Shown here piece by piece: positions 1 through 10,342 of a DNA stretch of 62,771 bases. The notes beneath the pieces were generated by a model. The model saw only the letters and a program-made list of their open reading frames with translations, was not told where the DNA came from and ran no database searches. The DNA lies in the NCBI GenBank assembly GCA_029549925.1, contig JAKPIF010000019.1, positions 1 through 62,771 of the forward strand, read 5' to 3'. The DNA comes from a bacterium. Lineage in GTDB: Bacteria; Patescibacteriota; Saccharimonadia; Saccharimonadales; Saccharimonadaceae. Every line of letters begins with the position of its first letter. The stretch's first letter is position 1. Position numbers and translations under genes: made by a program.

Positions 1-5
1 CAGTA

Positions 6-1061
6 GTGTCCGAAATCACACGCGAGCTAGGCATTCTATCGGTGGGCGTCGTAACGCGGCCATTCAGCTTTGAAGGTGCTAAGCGCAAGCGCAACGCGGA
101 TTACGGTATCAATAATATTGCTAAGACGGTTGACACCTTAATTACAATCCCGAACGATCGCCTATTAAAGACAATCGATCGCAACACGCCGATGCTTGAG
201 ACGTTTAGGATTGCCGATGACGTTTTGCGTCAGGGTGTACAGGGCATTAGCGAACTAATCACTGAGAATGGCTTGATCAACCTTGACTTCGCCGACGTAA
301 AGGCGATTATGAGCAACGCTGGCTCGGCGCTAATGGGTATTGGCAGTGCCACGGGTGATAACCGCGCAGCCGAGGCGGCTAAACGGGCTATTAACTCACC
401 GCTTATCGAGGTAAGCATCGACGGCGCACGCGGCGTGCTATTTAACGTGACCGGCGGTAGCGATATGTCAATGAGCGAAGTTCAAGAAGCGGCTGAAATC
501 ATTACCAATGCTGTGTCGCCTGACGCCAACATTATTTTTGGTGCCACTCTGAAGCCAGATACAGAGCAGGATGACGACGAAATTATCGTAACGGTTATTG
601 CAACAGGCTTTGATTCGCAATATTTCGACAATAATGGCGAGCGCAAGCAGTCGATCGGAGCTGATACGGCGGCTAGCGTGGCAAAGAAGCCGATGACGCC
701 AATAGTCGACGAGGACAAAATTGACCTCAGTCAGATGGATCTAGAGAGCGATGCTGGGGCGGATGATGACAGCTTTGCGACGGAAAATAATAATGGCTGG
801 CAGTGGAATAGCGAGTCGGGCGACGGCGATGACGATATTGCCGAAGATGCCATCGATAGTAGTCGCCTTGACGCTGCGCCCAACGATGCTGATGCGGTAA
901 TTAAAGAAGAAGCCGACGAGGCCGAAGCGGAAGCTACAGTGCATGATAGCGTAACTGGCGATGAACCAGCGGCCTCTGATAACGTCAATGCTGATAGTAG
1001 CGACACTGCTTATGATACGCCGAGTTTCCTGCGTCACCCGTTCAAGCGTCGCAAGAAATAA
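6..1061 (+). CDS. ftsZ: Cell division protein FtsZ (5'-truncated by window edge)
   Basis: [26 protein letters not shown] motifs; acidic linker; C-terminal DTPSFLR peptide. Confidence 0.98.
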   Translation: MSEITRELGILSVGVVTRPFSFEGAKRKRNADYGINNIAKTVDTLITIPNDRLLKTIDRNTPMLETFRIADDVLRQGVQGISELITENGLINLDFADVKAIMSNAGSALMGIGSATGDNRAAEAAKRAINSPLIEVSIDGARGVLFNVTGGSDMSMSEVQEAAEIITNAVSPDANIIFGATLKPDTEQDDDEIIVTVIATGFDSQYFDNNGERKQSIGADTAASVAKKPMTPIVDEDKIDLSQMDLESDAGADDDSFATENNNGWQWNSESGDGDDDIAEDAIDSSRLDAAPNDADAVIKEEADEAEAEATVHDSVTGDEPAASDNVNADSSDTAYDTPSFLRHPFKRRKK

Positions 1062-1073
1062 AGGAGTAAAGAG

Positions 1074-1568
1074 ATGCTATGCCCCCGCTGTCAGGCCGAA
1101 GATAGTCGCGTGCTCGAGTCGCGCGACGCGGGCTCTTCGATTCGTCGGCGGCGGGAATGCGTCAAGTGTGGCTACCGCTACACCACTTACGAGCGGGTAG
1201 AGCGACCGAATATTGCCGTCATTAAGAGCGACGGTCGTCGCGTTCTATTTGATAGGCAGAAACTAGCAACGGCGATTCAGCGTTCGGTAGGCAAGCTTCT
1301 AACCGCTGAAACCGAAGTGGACGAAATCGTTAGCGCCGTCGAGGACAAGATCTATGGCCTCGGTGTTACTGAGGTAACGAGCAAACAGATCGGCGACTTC
1401 GTTCTAGAGGAGCTTGCCGACCGTAACGAGGTGGCGTATATTCGCTTCGCTAGTGTGTATCGCGAGTTTAAGAATGCAGATGAATTCGTTACGGTCCTGC
1501 AAGAGTTACGAGATAAAAAGCACAACGAAGCCCGCCGCGACGAAGGCACCGCGACCACTGAAGCTTAG
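1074..1568 (+). CDS. nrdR: Transcriptional repressor NrdR
   Basis: CPRC...SRVLESR...IRRRRECxxC zinc ribbon, ATP-cone, VAYIRFASVY. Confidence 0.97.
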   Translation: MLCPRCQAEDSRVLESRDAGSSIRRRRECVKCGYRYTTYERVERPNIAVIKSDGRRVLFDRQKLATAIQRSVGKLLTAETEVDEIVSAVEDKIYGLGVTEVTSKQIGDFVLEELADRNEVAYIRFASVYREFKNADEFVTVLQELRDKKHNEARRDEGTATTEA

Positions 1569-1630
1569 TGGTCGAACTCATCTCCCCCGCCTAGCAGTTA
1601 GCGCGGGCGATATGCTATAATTTATCTGTT

Positions 1631-3034
1631 ATGTCAAGCAAGAAGCTCCCCGTTGTTGCCTTGGTTGGTCAAACCAATGCTGGCAAGTCGTCCCTATTTA
1701 ATCGCCTAGTCGGGCGACAGGATGCCATCGTGGCACGCGAAGCGGGCACGACGCGCGATAGTGTCTATCGTCGGGTGGATAACGACTGGGGCAGCTATAT
1801 CTTGGCGGATACGGCGGGCTTACTTGATAATCCCCGCGACGATTTTGAGGCGAGCATACAAGACCAGGTGGATGATGCCATTGAGAGCGCCGATCTGATA
1901 ATTCTCGTCAAGGATAGCACCGAAGGTGCTACTAATGAAGATAGGGCTCTAGCGAAGCGAATTCTGCGCTCTGGTAAACCAGTTATCTTAGCCCTCAATA
2001 AGATTGACCTCGCCGAGGCTAATCCTGAGAGCGACTACTTAAATTTTGGTATTAAAAATATTGTTCAAACTAGCGCCGAGCATAATCGGGGGCTGGGCAA
2101 GCTAAGGGGCGAGATCGCGGCGAACATTCCGCATGTTCATCAGCGGCGTGACGACGAAAGCATCAGCGTGGCGCTGATTGGGCGACCAAACGCAGGCAAA
2201 TCTTTCCTATTTAATACCTTGGCTGGTAAGCAGCAGGCGGTAGTGGCAAACGTCGCTGGCACGACGCGCGACATTAACCGCGTGGATGTACACTACCACG
2301 GTCAGACAATATCATTACTCGACACGGCGGGCGTGCGCCGCAGCGGTAAGATCGAGCGGGGCATAGAGAAGTTTAGTGTCCTCAGGACGGCGAACGCTAT
2401 CGAAGAAGCAGATATTTGCCTCCTCGTCATGGACGTACATGAGCTCAATACGGCGCTGGACACTAAGCTAGCGGGGCAGATTATTGACGCCGGCAAAGGG
2501 TTAATTATCGTGGTGGCGAAGTGGGACAGTGTCGAGGGTAAGGACGCCTATACGCGCGACGCCTTAGCGCCTGGCATCGCCCGCGCCTTCGACTTCGCTC
2601 CGTGGGCGCCGCTAATCTTCACTAGCAGTTACACTGGCCAGAATGTGACAAAAATTTATGACCTGATTCTAAAGATTCAAGCGGAGCGGACGCGTCAGAT
2701 TCCGACGAGCCAACTAAACGATTGTCTCAGGCGGGCGGTGATGCGTCATCGGCCGGCGGCACTCAAGAATCAGCACCCGCGCCTGCGCTATGTGGTGCAG
2801 ACCGACGTCTGCCCACCGTGGTTTGTGATTTACGGTAGCAACCTAAAATTTTTGCACTGGTCATACAAACGCTACCTCGAGAGCACCTTCCGGCGCGAAT
2901 TTGGCTTTGATGGTACGCCGATTAAGTTTAGCTATAGGGATGAAAAGCAGATCAAGGCGAACCGCGAGCGGGTGGCGCTAGGCCAGGACATCGTAGACAA
3001 GAAGAGTGGCGGTAAGCGCCAGAGGCTAATCTAA
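1631..3034 (+). CDS. der: Ribosome biogenesis GTPase Der (EngA)
   Basis: Two tandem G domains (GQTNAGKS, GRPNAGKS; DTAG twice) plus KH-like C-terminus. Confidence 0.97.
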   Translation: MSSKKLPVVALVGQTNAGKSSLFNRLVGRQDAIVAREAGTTRDSVYRRVDNDWGSYILADTAGLLDNPRDDFEASIQDQVDDAIESADLIILVKDSTEGATNEDRALAKRILRSGKPVILALNKIDLAEANPESDYLNFGIKNIVQTSAEHNRGLGKLRGEIAANIPHVHQRRDDESISVALIGRPNAGKSFLFNTLAGKQQAVVANVAGTTRDINRVDVHYHGQTISLLDTAGVRRSGKIERGIEKFSVLRTANAIEEADICLLVMDVHELNTALDTKLAGQIIDAGKGLIIVVAKWDSVEGKDAYTRDALAPGIARAFDFAPWAPLIFTSSYTGQNVTKIYDLILKIQAERTRQIPTSQLNDCLRRAVMRHRPAALKNQHPRLRYVVQTDVCPPWFVIYGSNLKFLHWSYKRYLESTFRREFGFDGTPIKFSYRDEKQIKANRERVALGQDIVDKKSGGKRQRLI

Positions 3035-3582
3035 TGGCGAGAGAAACGAGTGAAGACGCTTCAGCGATAAATGCGACGACCGCGGCGGTAAGCCAAACGA
3101 CACTAAAGTCACCCAAAATTATTTACTTCACTGACGGCAGCGCCTTGCCCAACCCTGGCTGGGGCGGTTTTGCGGTGATTCGCGACGGTGAGCCGTATAT
3201 TATCGGGGGCGAGCCAGACGGTAGCGTGGTGGCGCCCGACCAGACGACGAATATTCGCATGGAGGGCATGGCAATACTAAACGCTCTGCGCGATTCGGCG
3301 GGCATGCAGGCAGAAATTAACACCGATAGCCTCTTCTGGATTAATGTCATTACCAAGTGGGCACCCGGTTGGGCGAAGCAGGGGTGGAAGAAGCGCAGCG
3401 GCGATATCCAAAACCTTGATTTAGTCCAAGCGGTTTACGGCACTTTTTTACAGCGGTCGCATGCCACGCTCAAGTGGGTGCACGGGCACGATGGTGTTTG
3501 CTTTAACGAGATGGCGGACAAATGGGCGAAAGAGGCTCGCGACCGTCGTCTCACCAACCCCGTTTATGTTGCTGAACTGTAG
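3034..3582 (+). CDS. rnhA: Ribonuclease HI
   Basis: FTDGSALPNPG, TTNIRME, TDS, WVHGH, NEMADKWA motifs. Confidence 0.93.
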   Translation: MARETSEDASAINATTAAVSQTTLKSPKIIYFTDGSALPNPGWGGFAVIRDGEPYIIGGEPDGSVVAPDQTTNIRMEGMAILNALRDSAGMQAEINTDSLFWINVITKWAPGWAKQGWKKRSGDIQNLDLVQAVYGTFLQRSHATLKWVHGHDGVCFNEMADKWAKEARDRRLTNPVYVAEL

Positions 3583-3610
3583 GGCTGCTCCCGCTCCAGT
3601 CAGATCATTC

Positions 3611-3660
3611 ACCCTTCCCTTAAGAGGATGCCGGATTAGCAAAGCCAATCTAGTGGGGCT
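3611..3660 (+). repeat. Degenerate copy of dispersed REP-like element
   Basis: acccttcccttaagagg...gattagcaaagccaatctagtgggg resembles the family consensus. Confidence 0.5.
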
Positions 3661-3724
3661 TTGGGGCACGGTTTCGCTTATGCTACAATTGTTCCAGCAA
3701 TCTTCAGCTAGGCGAGATTAAATA

Positions 3725-4954
3725 ATGTATGTGAACGAAAACGAGCAGAGGGAAATTAAACGCTTAAAACACGAGCGGCGACGCACTGTGCTACTGACGC
3801 TCCTGATAACCGTCCTAACCATTCTGGTGGGTGGCGTCGTAGCGCGGGCGCAGGCGGCACAGAACTATAATCGGGCCTACCATAATCTACAATCGGCGGT
3901 GAAAAGTAGCGCTGATATGGCGAGCCTGAGCGCTGATGATGTCGTGGCGGGCGAAAAGCTCATCGTCAGTAGCGATAGCGTGGCGACAACCAAACATCAC
4001 CAAAAGAGCGGTGCACGTGTGACGGATACGGCGCTGAATCTACTAAAGTCAATTCGCACTGATGCTGAGGCGGAGCTAAAAGAGAGCGATAGCACCGTGA
4101 GCCAATGGTCAGTGCGGTCGATCCTGAACGGCTGGCTCGACGCGCAGGCATTGCAGAATAAGGCGGCGCAATTTAACGCCCGCTCGCGTCAGCTAGCGGT
4201 CTACACCGACGCTGTGTCGGATTCGCACCAGCGGAAGCTCTTGTCCGACGCGCGGTCGGCTCTGAACTCAACTATTCTTTCCGTCGAAACCTTAGCGCAA
4301 AATACCACGCTTAGCAGCGATACGCGGTCGAAACTTGCCCAGGAGTCTCTAGTGGCACGGCGGGTATCTAGCAGTAGCAGCGTCAGTACCGTTGAGGCGG
4401 CACGCAAAGAGCTGGACGACCTAGTTAATAGTGTCAACGACGAAATTAGTCGGAACAATCAGGACATTTTGGATATTGAAGCAGCGGTGCGAACGGTCAA
4501 AACGACGGCGGATAGCAGTGGTAGTTACGTCAATTCGGCGGTGAAAATAATTCATGCCGGCGGGCTGAGCGAAGTCTGGGGTTTGAGTGCGATGCGGGGC
4601 GCCTGTGCAATTACGGCGGAGCAGCAACGTTCGTGGATGGCTGCATACTGCGAATCAACGCCGACGCAGGTGTATATTAATAGCACGCTCGGGGCGGAGA
4701 CGACGAAGGACAGCTATTTTGCTGACGCAATGCGACACGAGGTAGCACACCACTTAATTCATCGACGGTGTGGAACGACCGAGCCGGCGAGTATTGGCGA
4801 TAGTGCCAATGCCGAATCGGTAGCTAGTTCGTATGCGGTGTTATACCTCGGTGCTAATGCGGCGACGCTGAATCGGGCAACTGACAGTCGTTACTATATG
4901 AATCAGGCGAGCGATGACGCAGCCGCCCGTATCCACGCCGGGCAATGCAGTTGA
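3725..4954 (+). CDS. Membrane-anchored hypothetical protein with C-terminal HEXXH (putative zinc metallopeptidase) domain
   Basis: Basic N-terminus and TM helix, helical Ser/Ala-rich stalk, MRHEVAHHLIH followed by AESVASSYA. Confidence 0.65.
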   Translation: MYVNENEQREIKRLKHERRRTVLLTLLITVLTILVGGVVARAQAAQNYNRAYHNLQSAVKSSADMASLSADDVVAGEKLIVSSDSVATTKHHQKSGARVTDTALNLLKSIRTDAEAELKESDSTVSQWSVRSILNGWLDAQALQNKAAQFNARSRQLAVYTDAVSDSHQRKLLSDARSALNSTILSVETLAQNTTLSSDTRSKLAQESLVARRVSSSSSVSTVEAARKELDDLVNSVNDEISRNNQDILDIEAAVRTVKTTADSSGSYVNSAVKIIHAGGLSEVWGLSAMRGACAITAEQQRSWMAAYCESTPTQVYINSTLGAETTKDSYFADAMRHEVAHHLIHRRCGTTEPASIGDSANAESVASSYAVLYLGANAATLNRATDSRYYMNQASDDAAARIHAGQCS

Positions 4955-5004
4955 CCCCCTCCCCTTTAGGGGGGGCAGATTGGCGTAGCCAATCGGGTGG
5001 GTTT
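4955..5004 (+). repeat. REP-like element (type A)
   Basis: ccctcccctttagggggggcagattggcgtagccaatcgggtgggttt, two hairpins. Confidence 0.85.
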
Positions 5005-5090
5005 ACCTTAACCATATTGACCACCACCAGCCATTAGTGATAAACTTAACCTATATGGACAATGGGCGCCAAACAGAAAGGGGTTGATCG

Positions 5091-8000
5091 ATGGGCGGTA
5101 AAGAAAAATTAAGTAGTGACACGGGCTACGACCTAGTCAAAGAGGCGCAGCGTCAGATCAATGCGATGCGTGAAGGCGGGGCAAACGGCGAGACGCTGTC
5201 ATGGCGTGATGTCTATGCCCCAGTGCGACAATTTAACGAGGCATGGTCAGCGCAGCGTAAAGCTGAGACTTCAGAGGCAAAGCACGAAGCCAAGGCGGAA
5301 GCTGAGCATTCCCCGATCGCCCGTGAGGCTAAGCGTGAAATTGGCGCGACGGCACTCGATAGCGTCCAGCAGACCGCACGCCGCAGCGAAGCTTATCAGC
5401 CTCGCCATATGCGGGCTGAGCAGCCCGTCGAGCCACTGTCGCCGCAGCGTCCTGACGAGAGTATTGACGATTATATCGACCGCATGGTTAAGGAAGAAGT
5501 TGCCAACGACGACGTCCGCCGCAAAGAGGCGAATTACCAGCCGCGGCACATGCGCCCAGCCGAGGCAGCGCCAGTGCACGAGAGCGTAGCTCCAGCCACT
5601 ATCGAGCCTGAAGCCCGTCGCTTTCCTGAAGCGACAGGCCGAGTGCCACGCCATATCAATAATGAACTTGATCGCAGTTTGCCGAGCATTGAACGGACCA
5701 AGAGCCCAGAGCAAGAGCGCGCCGAGCAAGGCGAAGCAGTATATGCGAAAACGACCTATGACGCCGCGCTTGCTAAGACTGTCGAGGAGCATCCAGTTAG
5801 CGAATCTGCCGCCCAGAAGATTAATGAATACCAGGAAGCCAAAGAAAAGCACGAGGATGTCAGTTTCTATCGCTTTACTGATAGCGACACTGCAAGCGTA
5901 AATAATTATTTGATTCAACAGGGCGCCAATGGTCATAGCATGGAAGAGCTTAAAGCCGATGCTAAGGACCTATTGCCGGAAAGCGAGCTGTTCCGCGATA
6001 TCGATCACCCTGATGATGCAGTGCACAAGGGTATTACCGAATTCCACGAGAACCTACGTAAAGAGCGTGAGCCGGAAGTCGATAGCGAGGCTGTACGCAA
6101 GGCCAATCATATGGCGGCCGAATTGGCAACGCCACGTGGAAGAATTGAGGGCTTCCTGGCAAAGCGCGCTGCCCGTCGTGAGCAGCGTGAAGCTGACGAG
6201 GCGGCTGGCTACACTGATTTGCCGGGCTACAAAGCGGTTATTCGTGGGCGCAAAAAGTATGACCAGCTCGACAAGGAAAATACCTACAAGAGGGGCTGGG
6301 ACGTTAAGAGCCAAGAGTATAATCGCGAATACAGTAACGCCGTTGATGAACTAATGCTGCAATACTTTATGAACATGCCAGCTGAGACGAGCGACGACGA
6401 GAAGCAGGCTCGTATCAACGAACTTAACCAGCGTTTCAACGTGCGGAAATACGCCAGTGACAAGGACCGCGAGAACGGTACCGATATGATTACGCCGATC
6501 TCACTGGCGCGCCTCGAGCATGAGGCGGGCGTACGTCGAGCGGCCGAGCATAATGGCTGGAACATTATCGACTGGGCTAAATTTCATCGATCACATAGCG
6601 CTGAGAGCGAGCGTGACCACGAGAAGCGCAACCACATGACCACAGCCCAAAAGGTGGTTGCGGGGGTAGCTGCCTGTGCTTTAAGCGCTACTGTATTGGG
6701 CGTCTACGCGCAGGCGCAAGCCAACAATGCTCCGGCTGATACTATCAGCTATGCGGCAGAGAACGACAATCAGGACGAGACGGCGGGCGATACTGTCGCC
6801 GACCAGGGCCTGAACGGCGAGACTAAGGCTTCTGATACTGAAACAGAAGCCACTGAAACAGAATCGGGTGTCGAGACCATGGAAGCGCGCCATTACACGG
6901 CGGATAACCTGCCGGCACTTGACCACCATATGTGGAATAGCCCGAATAAGCGTTCGGCGACAGCCTTTACGGCTGAAGTCGATACCAGCAGCCGCGAGGC
7001 GACCTATACTCACTTTATGGAAGCCTGTGAATCCATGCCAGAGCAGCTATCGATTTTCGCTAACACGCTATTATCACCTGAGCAAGCAAAACAGTTAGGC
7101 CTAACGGGCGACAACAATGCCGACGCTGATCTACTAACAACCAATAACGAGATGCGAGCTAATGTCCTGAATGCCGTGTCGGACGCACTCTTTAGTGCGA
7201 ACACTAACTATGACGATGTCACCCTGAACGGCAATTATGTTGACTACGGCATTCGCCAGGATAAGGATGGTGGTTTTACGCTGATCGACGGCCAAACTAA
7301 TCTGACGGGGCAGGAAGCGATTCAGATTACGAATGGCGAGGATGGCGTTATGGTGGTGATTAAAGCCTGCGATAACGTCGTGCAAAAGGTGGCGGGCCAG
7401 ATCCGTGTTGTCAAGCGAGGTACGATCCAGCACACCACGACGACAACTAATACTACCACTACGACAGAGACTGGTACGCCTGGCACTCCGAATACGCCTG
7501 ATACGCCAGATACACCTCCGAATACGCCAGATACGCCAGATACACCTCCAGATACGCCAGATACACCTCCGAATACGCCAGATACGCCAGATACACCTCC
7601 AGATACGCCTGATACGCCAGATACACCTCCGGATGTTCCGGTTGTGCCGAAGGCTGACAGCCAGATTGGCGAAGAGAACGGTAATCCGCACGTCACAGTT
7701 AATGAAGAAGAGGGCAATGTGGATAATCCAACGGGTGTAACCGAGCACCACGAGCGTGGCGGCAACGTAACTTCGTCGGAAGAAGCAACAGCCAGTGAAA
7801 GTACCACTAGCACAGAGCAAGCTACGACGACAACTCAGCCAACGCAGACAGCGACAACGGGCACTTCGTCTGAACCTGTAACAGTTTCACAGAATCAGAC
7901 ACCGCAGCAACGAGTTGAGCAAATTTACCAAGAAGAAGTTGCTCGGGCAAACGGCAACGCCGAGGCGGCACAGACAACGACTAATGCGCCAGTCAGCGGT

Positions 8001-8117
8001 GGTGAAACTTACCAGGAGGCTGAGACGCACGTCGGTGAGTCGACAGGCATGAGCAACACTGGTGAGACGGTTGACCAAGCACAAGAGACAGTGACGACAG
8101 GATTTAATGCGGAATAG
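5091..8117 (+). CDS. Large hypothetical membrane-anchored surface protein with Pro-Asp-Thr repeats
   Basis: 1008-aa ORF, internal hydrophobic helix (VVAGVAACALSATVLGVYA), PDT repeat tract, Thr-rich tail. Confidence 0.8.
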   Translation: MGGKEKLSSDTGYDLVKEAQRQINAMREGGANGETLSWRDVYAPVRQFNEAWSAQRKAETSEAKHEAKAEAEHSPIAREAKREIGATALDSVQQTARRSEAYQPRHMRAEQPVEPLSPQRPDESIDDYIDRMVKEEVANDDVRRKEANYQPRHMRPAEAAPVHESVAPATIEPEARRFPEATGRVPRHINNELDRSLPSIERTKSPEQERAEQGEAVYAKTTYDAALAKTVEEHPVSESAAQKINEYQEAKEKHEDVSFYRFTDSDTASVNNYLIQQGANGHSMEELKADAKDLLPESELFRDIDHPDDAVHKGITEFHENLRKEREPEVDSEAVRKANHMAAELATPRGRIEGFLAKRAARREQREADEAAGYTDLPGYKAVIRGRKKYDQLDKENTYKRGWDVKSQEYNREYSNAVDELMLQYFMNMPAETSDDEKQARINELNQRFNVRKYASDKDRENGTDMITPISLARLEHEAGVRRAAEHNGWNIIDWAKFHRSHSAESERDHEKRNHMTTAQKVVAGVAACALSATVLGVYAQAQANNAPADTISYAAENDNQDETAGDTVADQGLNGETKASDTETEATETESGVETMEARHYTADNLPALDHHMWNSPNKRSATAFTAEVDTSSREATYTHFMEACESMPEQLSIFANTLLSPEQAKQLGLTGDNNADADLLTTNNEMRANVLNAVSDALFSANTNYDDVTLNGNYVDYGIRQDKDGGFTLIDGQTNLTGQEAIQITNGEDGVMVVIKACDNVVQKVAGQIRVVKRGTIQHTTTTTNTTTTTETGTPGTPNTPDTPDTPPNTPDTPDTPPDTPDTPPNTPDTPDTPPDTPDTPDTPPDVPVVPKADSQIGEENGNPHVTVNEEEGNVDNPTGVTEHHERGGNVTSSEEATASESTTSTEQATTTTQPTQTATTGTSSEPVTVSQNQTPQQRVEQIYQEEVARANGNAEAAQTTTNAPVSGGETYQEAETHVGESTGMSNTGETVDQAQETVTTGFNAE
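7473..7635 (+). repeat. In-frame tandem repeat of 9- and 12-bp units encoding (DTP/DTPP)n
   Basis: gatacgcca and gatacacctccN units repeated. Confidence 0.95.
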
Positions 8118-8139
8118 ATAGGCAAAGGAAAGGAGCAAT

Positions 8140-9762
8140 ATGTCTAATCTAACTAAAAGTAAAATCAGCGTAGCCGCTATAACGGTCGCTGTAATCGGCA
8201 CGGCGCTTTTTGGTGCTTCGGCCAATGCATGGGGGCCAACGCGTGACACGTATACGTGGCAAGTGCCGTCGGACCATGTCACCTTCAACTCGATCACTGA
8301 CGACAAGTATTGGGGCGACGAACGCGGCTTTACTGTCATTAAGGATCTAGGTACGGATTTGACCAATGACGGCAAGACGGCTGCAGGCAAGATTACGGGC
8401 GAGATTGGCACCAATGCCAATACGCCGAACGTTGTCGCTAGCAAGAGTGATAGCGACTTTAAGGAAGTTGAGACAGCGCATGATGGGCACTATTACATGA
8501 TTAAAATGCTGGTGCACAACAACGCCTCTTCGAATCTAAATCTGACCGCCAAGGACACTAACATTGGGGCATATATCGACAAGGCATATAGCAAGGCGAT
8601 TACAATTCAGACCGACATTAATGCTAGTAACTGTGGTGCCAACACCAAAGGCAACAAGGGTAGCGAGTGCTGGTTCTGGGATGAGGCCTATATTAAATCT
8701 GCAGATGACGACCAGTATAAAGCGGAGTATGTCAAGGATAGCCTACGTTATTATAACAACGTTAAACTGTTTTCAAGCGGTGACAGCTTTACCTTTACTG
8801 GTGATAACGACGACAGCAACTTGTTAAAGAGCCAGGGCGTAAAGATCGGCTACGACAAGATGGATGGCAATATCCCGGGTTGTTCTCAGTATATGGGCTT
8901 TGCTACTTTCATTGTTAAAGTGAGCAAGAAGGACAGTACCGACACCAATCAACCAAACTACATCTTCTACAAGCGGTCGCGCATTTATGGCACCGAGTCG
9001 GGCGGTTGGAGTACGCAAACGGTAGCCAAGCCAGGCGATACGATTGAGTTCCAAATTGGACTGCGCAATATCGGCAAGACGACCTTGACCAATCCAATTT
9101 TGCAGGACACAATGGGTCGCACAGTAGCATTTAAGCTAGATAGCAACCGGAATGGCAACGATCCAGAGAGTACCGATAAGGCTAGCTACCAAGAGCCGAG
9201 CAACAGCGGCGCACAGTATCATCTAGTCTATAACACTGGCTCGTCCAAGTTCCAGAGTGCTAATCATAATTCAGCAAATGGCGGTGCTTTAACGCTAACC
9301 AACGACAACTGGGGCAATGAAGGCATCAAGGTTAGTTCGCTAGCGCCTTGTACCGACGAATTAATGGAGCAGTCAAAGAAGAACGAGCAGAGCGGCGATG
9401 AAGGCCGGTCGCTATCTGGCGCGGATAAATATAGCGCTTGCCCGAACGTAGCTATTAACTACACAATGACAGTGCCAAGTGCCGATAAATTGCCTTGTGG
9501 CACAGTTACATACGAGAACGTAGCGCTTGCTTATACCTCAGAAAACGACAATAAGTTATCGACTAGCCGTGTTACCGTCCAGAATGATGACGAGCACTGT
9601 ATTAAGCAGGACACGCCAACGCCAACCAATGGTGCCTCGCAGCCTGGTGCGCCAACAGCTGGTACAACACTAGCCAAAGCGGCGGTTGCCAGCACGGTAG
9701 CTCTCGGCGTCTGTGCGGTCATCCTTGTCCGTTTCCTGCTAAAGCGCAAAGAGAGTAAATAG
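8140..9762 (+). CDS. Secreted, cell-wall-anchored surface protein (DUF11-like domain, sortase-type C-terminal signal)
   Basis: Signal peptide (ANA|WGP), AKPGDTIEFQIGLRNIG beta-sandwich motif, C-terminal APTAG + TM + KRKESK tail. Confidence 0.8.
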   Translation: MSNLTKSKISVAAITVAVIGTALFGASANAWGPTRDTYTWQVPSDHVTFNSITDDKYWGDERGFTVIKDLGTDLTNDGKTAAGKITGEIGTNANTPNVVASKSDSDFKEVETAHDGHYYMIKMLVHNNASSNLNLTAKDTNIGAYIDKAYSKAITIQTDINASNCGANTKGNKGSECWFWDEAYIKSADDDQYKAEYVKDSLRYYNNVKLFSSGDSFTFTGDNDDSNLLKSQGVKIGYDKMDGNIPGCSQYMGFATFIVKVSKKDSTDTNQPNYIFYKRSRIYGTESGGWSTQTVAKPGDTIEFQIGLRNIGKTTLTNPILQDTMGRTVAFKLDSNRNGNDPESTDKASYQEPSNSGAQYHLVYNTGSSKFQSANHNSANGGALTLTNDNWGNEGIKVSSLAPCTDELMEQSKKNEQSGDEGRSLSGADKYSACPNVAINYTMTVPSADKLPCGTVTYENVALAYTSENDNKLSTSRVTVQNDDEHCIKQDTPTPTNGASQPGAPTAGTTLAKAAVASTVALGVCAVILVRFLLKRKESK

Positions 9763-9801
9763 CCTTACCCCCCTGCGCATTGGCGATATGAAAATAATTT
9801 A

Positions 9802-9850
9802 CCCTCCCCTTCAGGGGAGGGTAAATTGGCTTAGCCAATCGGGTGGGGAT
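9802..9850 (+). repeat. REP-like element (type A)
   Basis: ccctccccttcaggggagggtaaattggcttagccaatcgggtgggg. Confidence 0.85.
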
Positions 9851-9891
9851 CAACCTTGCTCCTAGCCCTAAAATATGTTAATCTAATACCT

Positions 9892-10197
9892 ATGAAAGCA
9901 GTCATAACTAGTGGCAACAAACAGTATCTAGTTGCCGAGAAAGAGACCCTTTTGGTGGATAAGCTGCCAGAGGACGAAAAAGAGCTCACGTTTGACGCGC
10001 TACTGACAATTGACGGTGATAAAGTCAAGGTCGGTGCTCCAACCGTGGACGGTGTTAAGGTAACGGCAAAGGTCGTCGACCCGCTAGTCAAGGGCGAGAA
10101 GACCCGTGCCATTCGTTATCACGCCAAAAAGCGTGTGAACAAGGTGACCGGCGGTCGCCACGAATACACTCGCATTCAAATCGAGTCGATTAAATAA
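9892..10197 (+). CDS. rplU: 50S ribosomal protein L21
   Basis: MKAVITSGNKQYLV...VGAPTV...GGRHEYTRIQI; start moved to the ATG after a -10-like box. Confidence 0.96.
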   Translation: MKAVITSGNKQYLVAEKETLLVDKLPEDEKELTFDALLTIDGDKVKVGAPTVDGVKVTAKVVDPLVKGEKTRAIRYHAKKRVNKVTGGRHEYTRIQIESIK

Positions 10198-10200
10198 CCT

Positions 10201-10223
10201 AGCGCCCTCCTTGCGAGGGCGTT
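10201..10223 (+). terminator. Hairpin after rplU, probable intrinsic terminator
   Basis: gcgccctc-cttgc-gagggcgt. Confidence 0.55.
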
Positions 10224-10233
10224 CAAGCATAGA

Positions 10234-10290
10234 AAAACTCATCCGTCTACGGCTATCGCCGTATCCACCTTCCCTAAAAGGGAAGGGTTA
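10234..10290 (-). repeat. REP-like element (type B), reverse orientation
   Basis: Reverse complement taacccttcccttttagggaaggtggatacggcgatagccgtagacggatgagtttt, nearly the same as 25152-25207. Confidence 0.85.
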
Positions 10291-10292
10291 AG

Positions 10293-10342
10293 CCCCTCTC
10301 TATAGAGAGGGGCAGACGAGCGTAGCTCATCGGGTGTGTTTT
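10293..10342 (+). repeat. REP-like element (type A), overlapping the 3' end of the GATase gene
   Basis: cccctctctatagagaggggcagacgagcgtagctcatcgggtgtgtttt. Confidence 0.85.

Noticed and set aside
7473-7635. Possible CRISPR array
   Set aside because: Units are 9-12 bp, in frame, with no unique spacers; it is a coding VNTR. No cas genes in the window.
5161-8444. Long antisense and alternative-frame ORFs in the track
   Set aside because: Shadows of real genes and of the repeat tract, with no independent motifs or signals.
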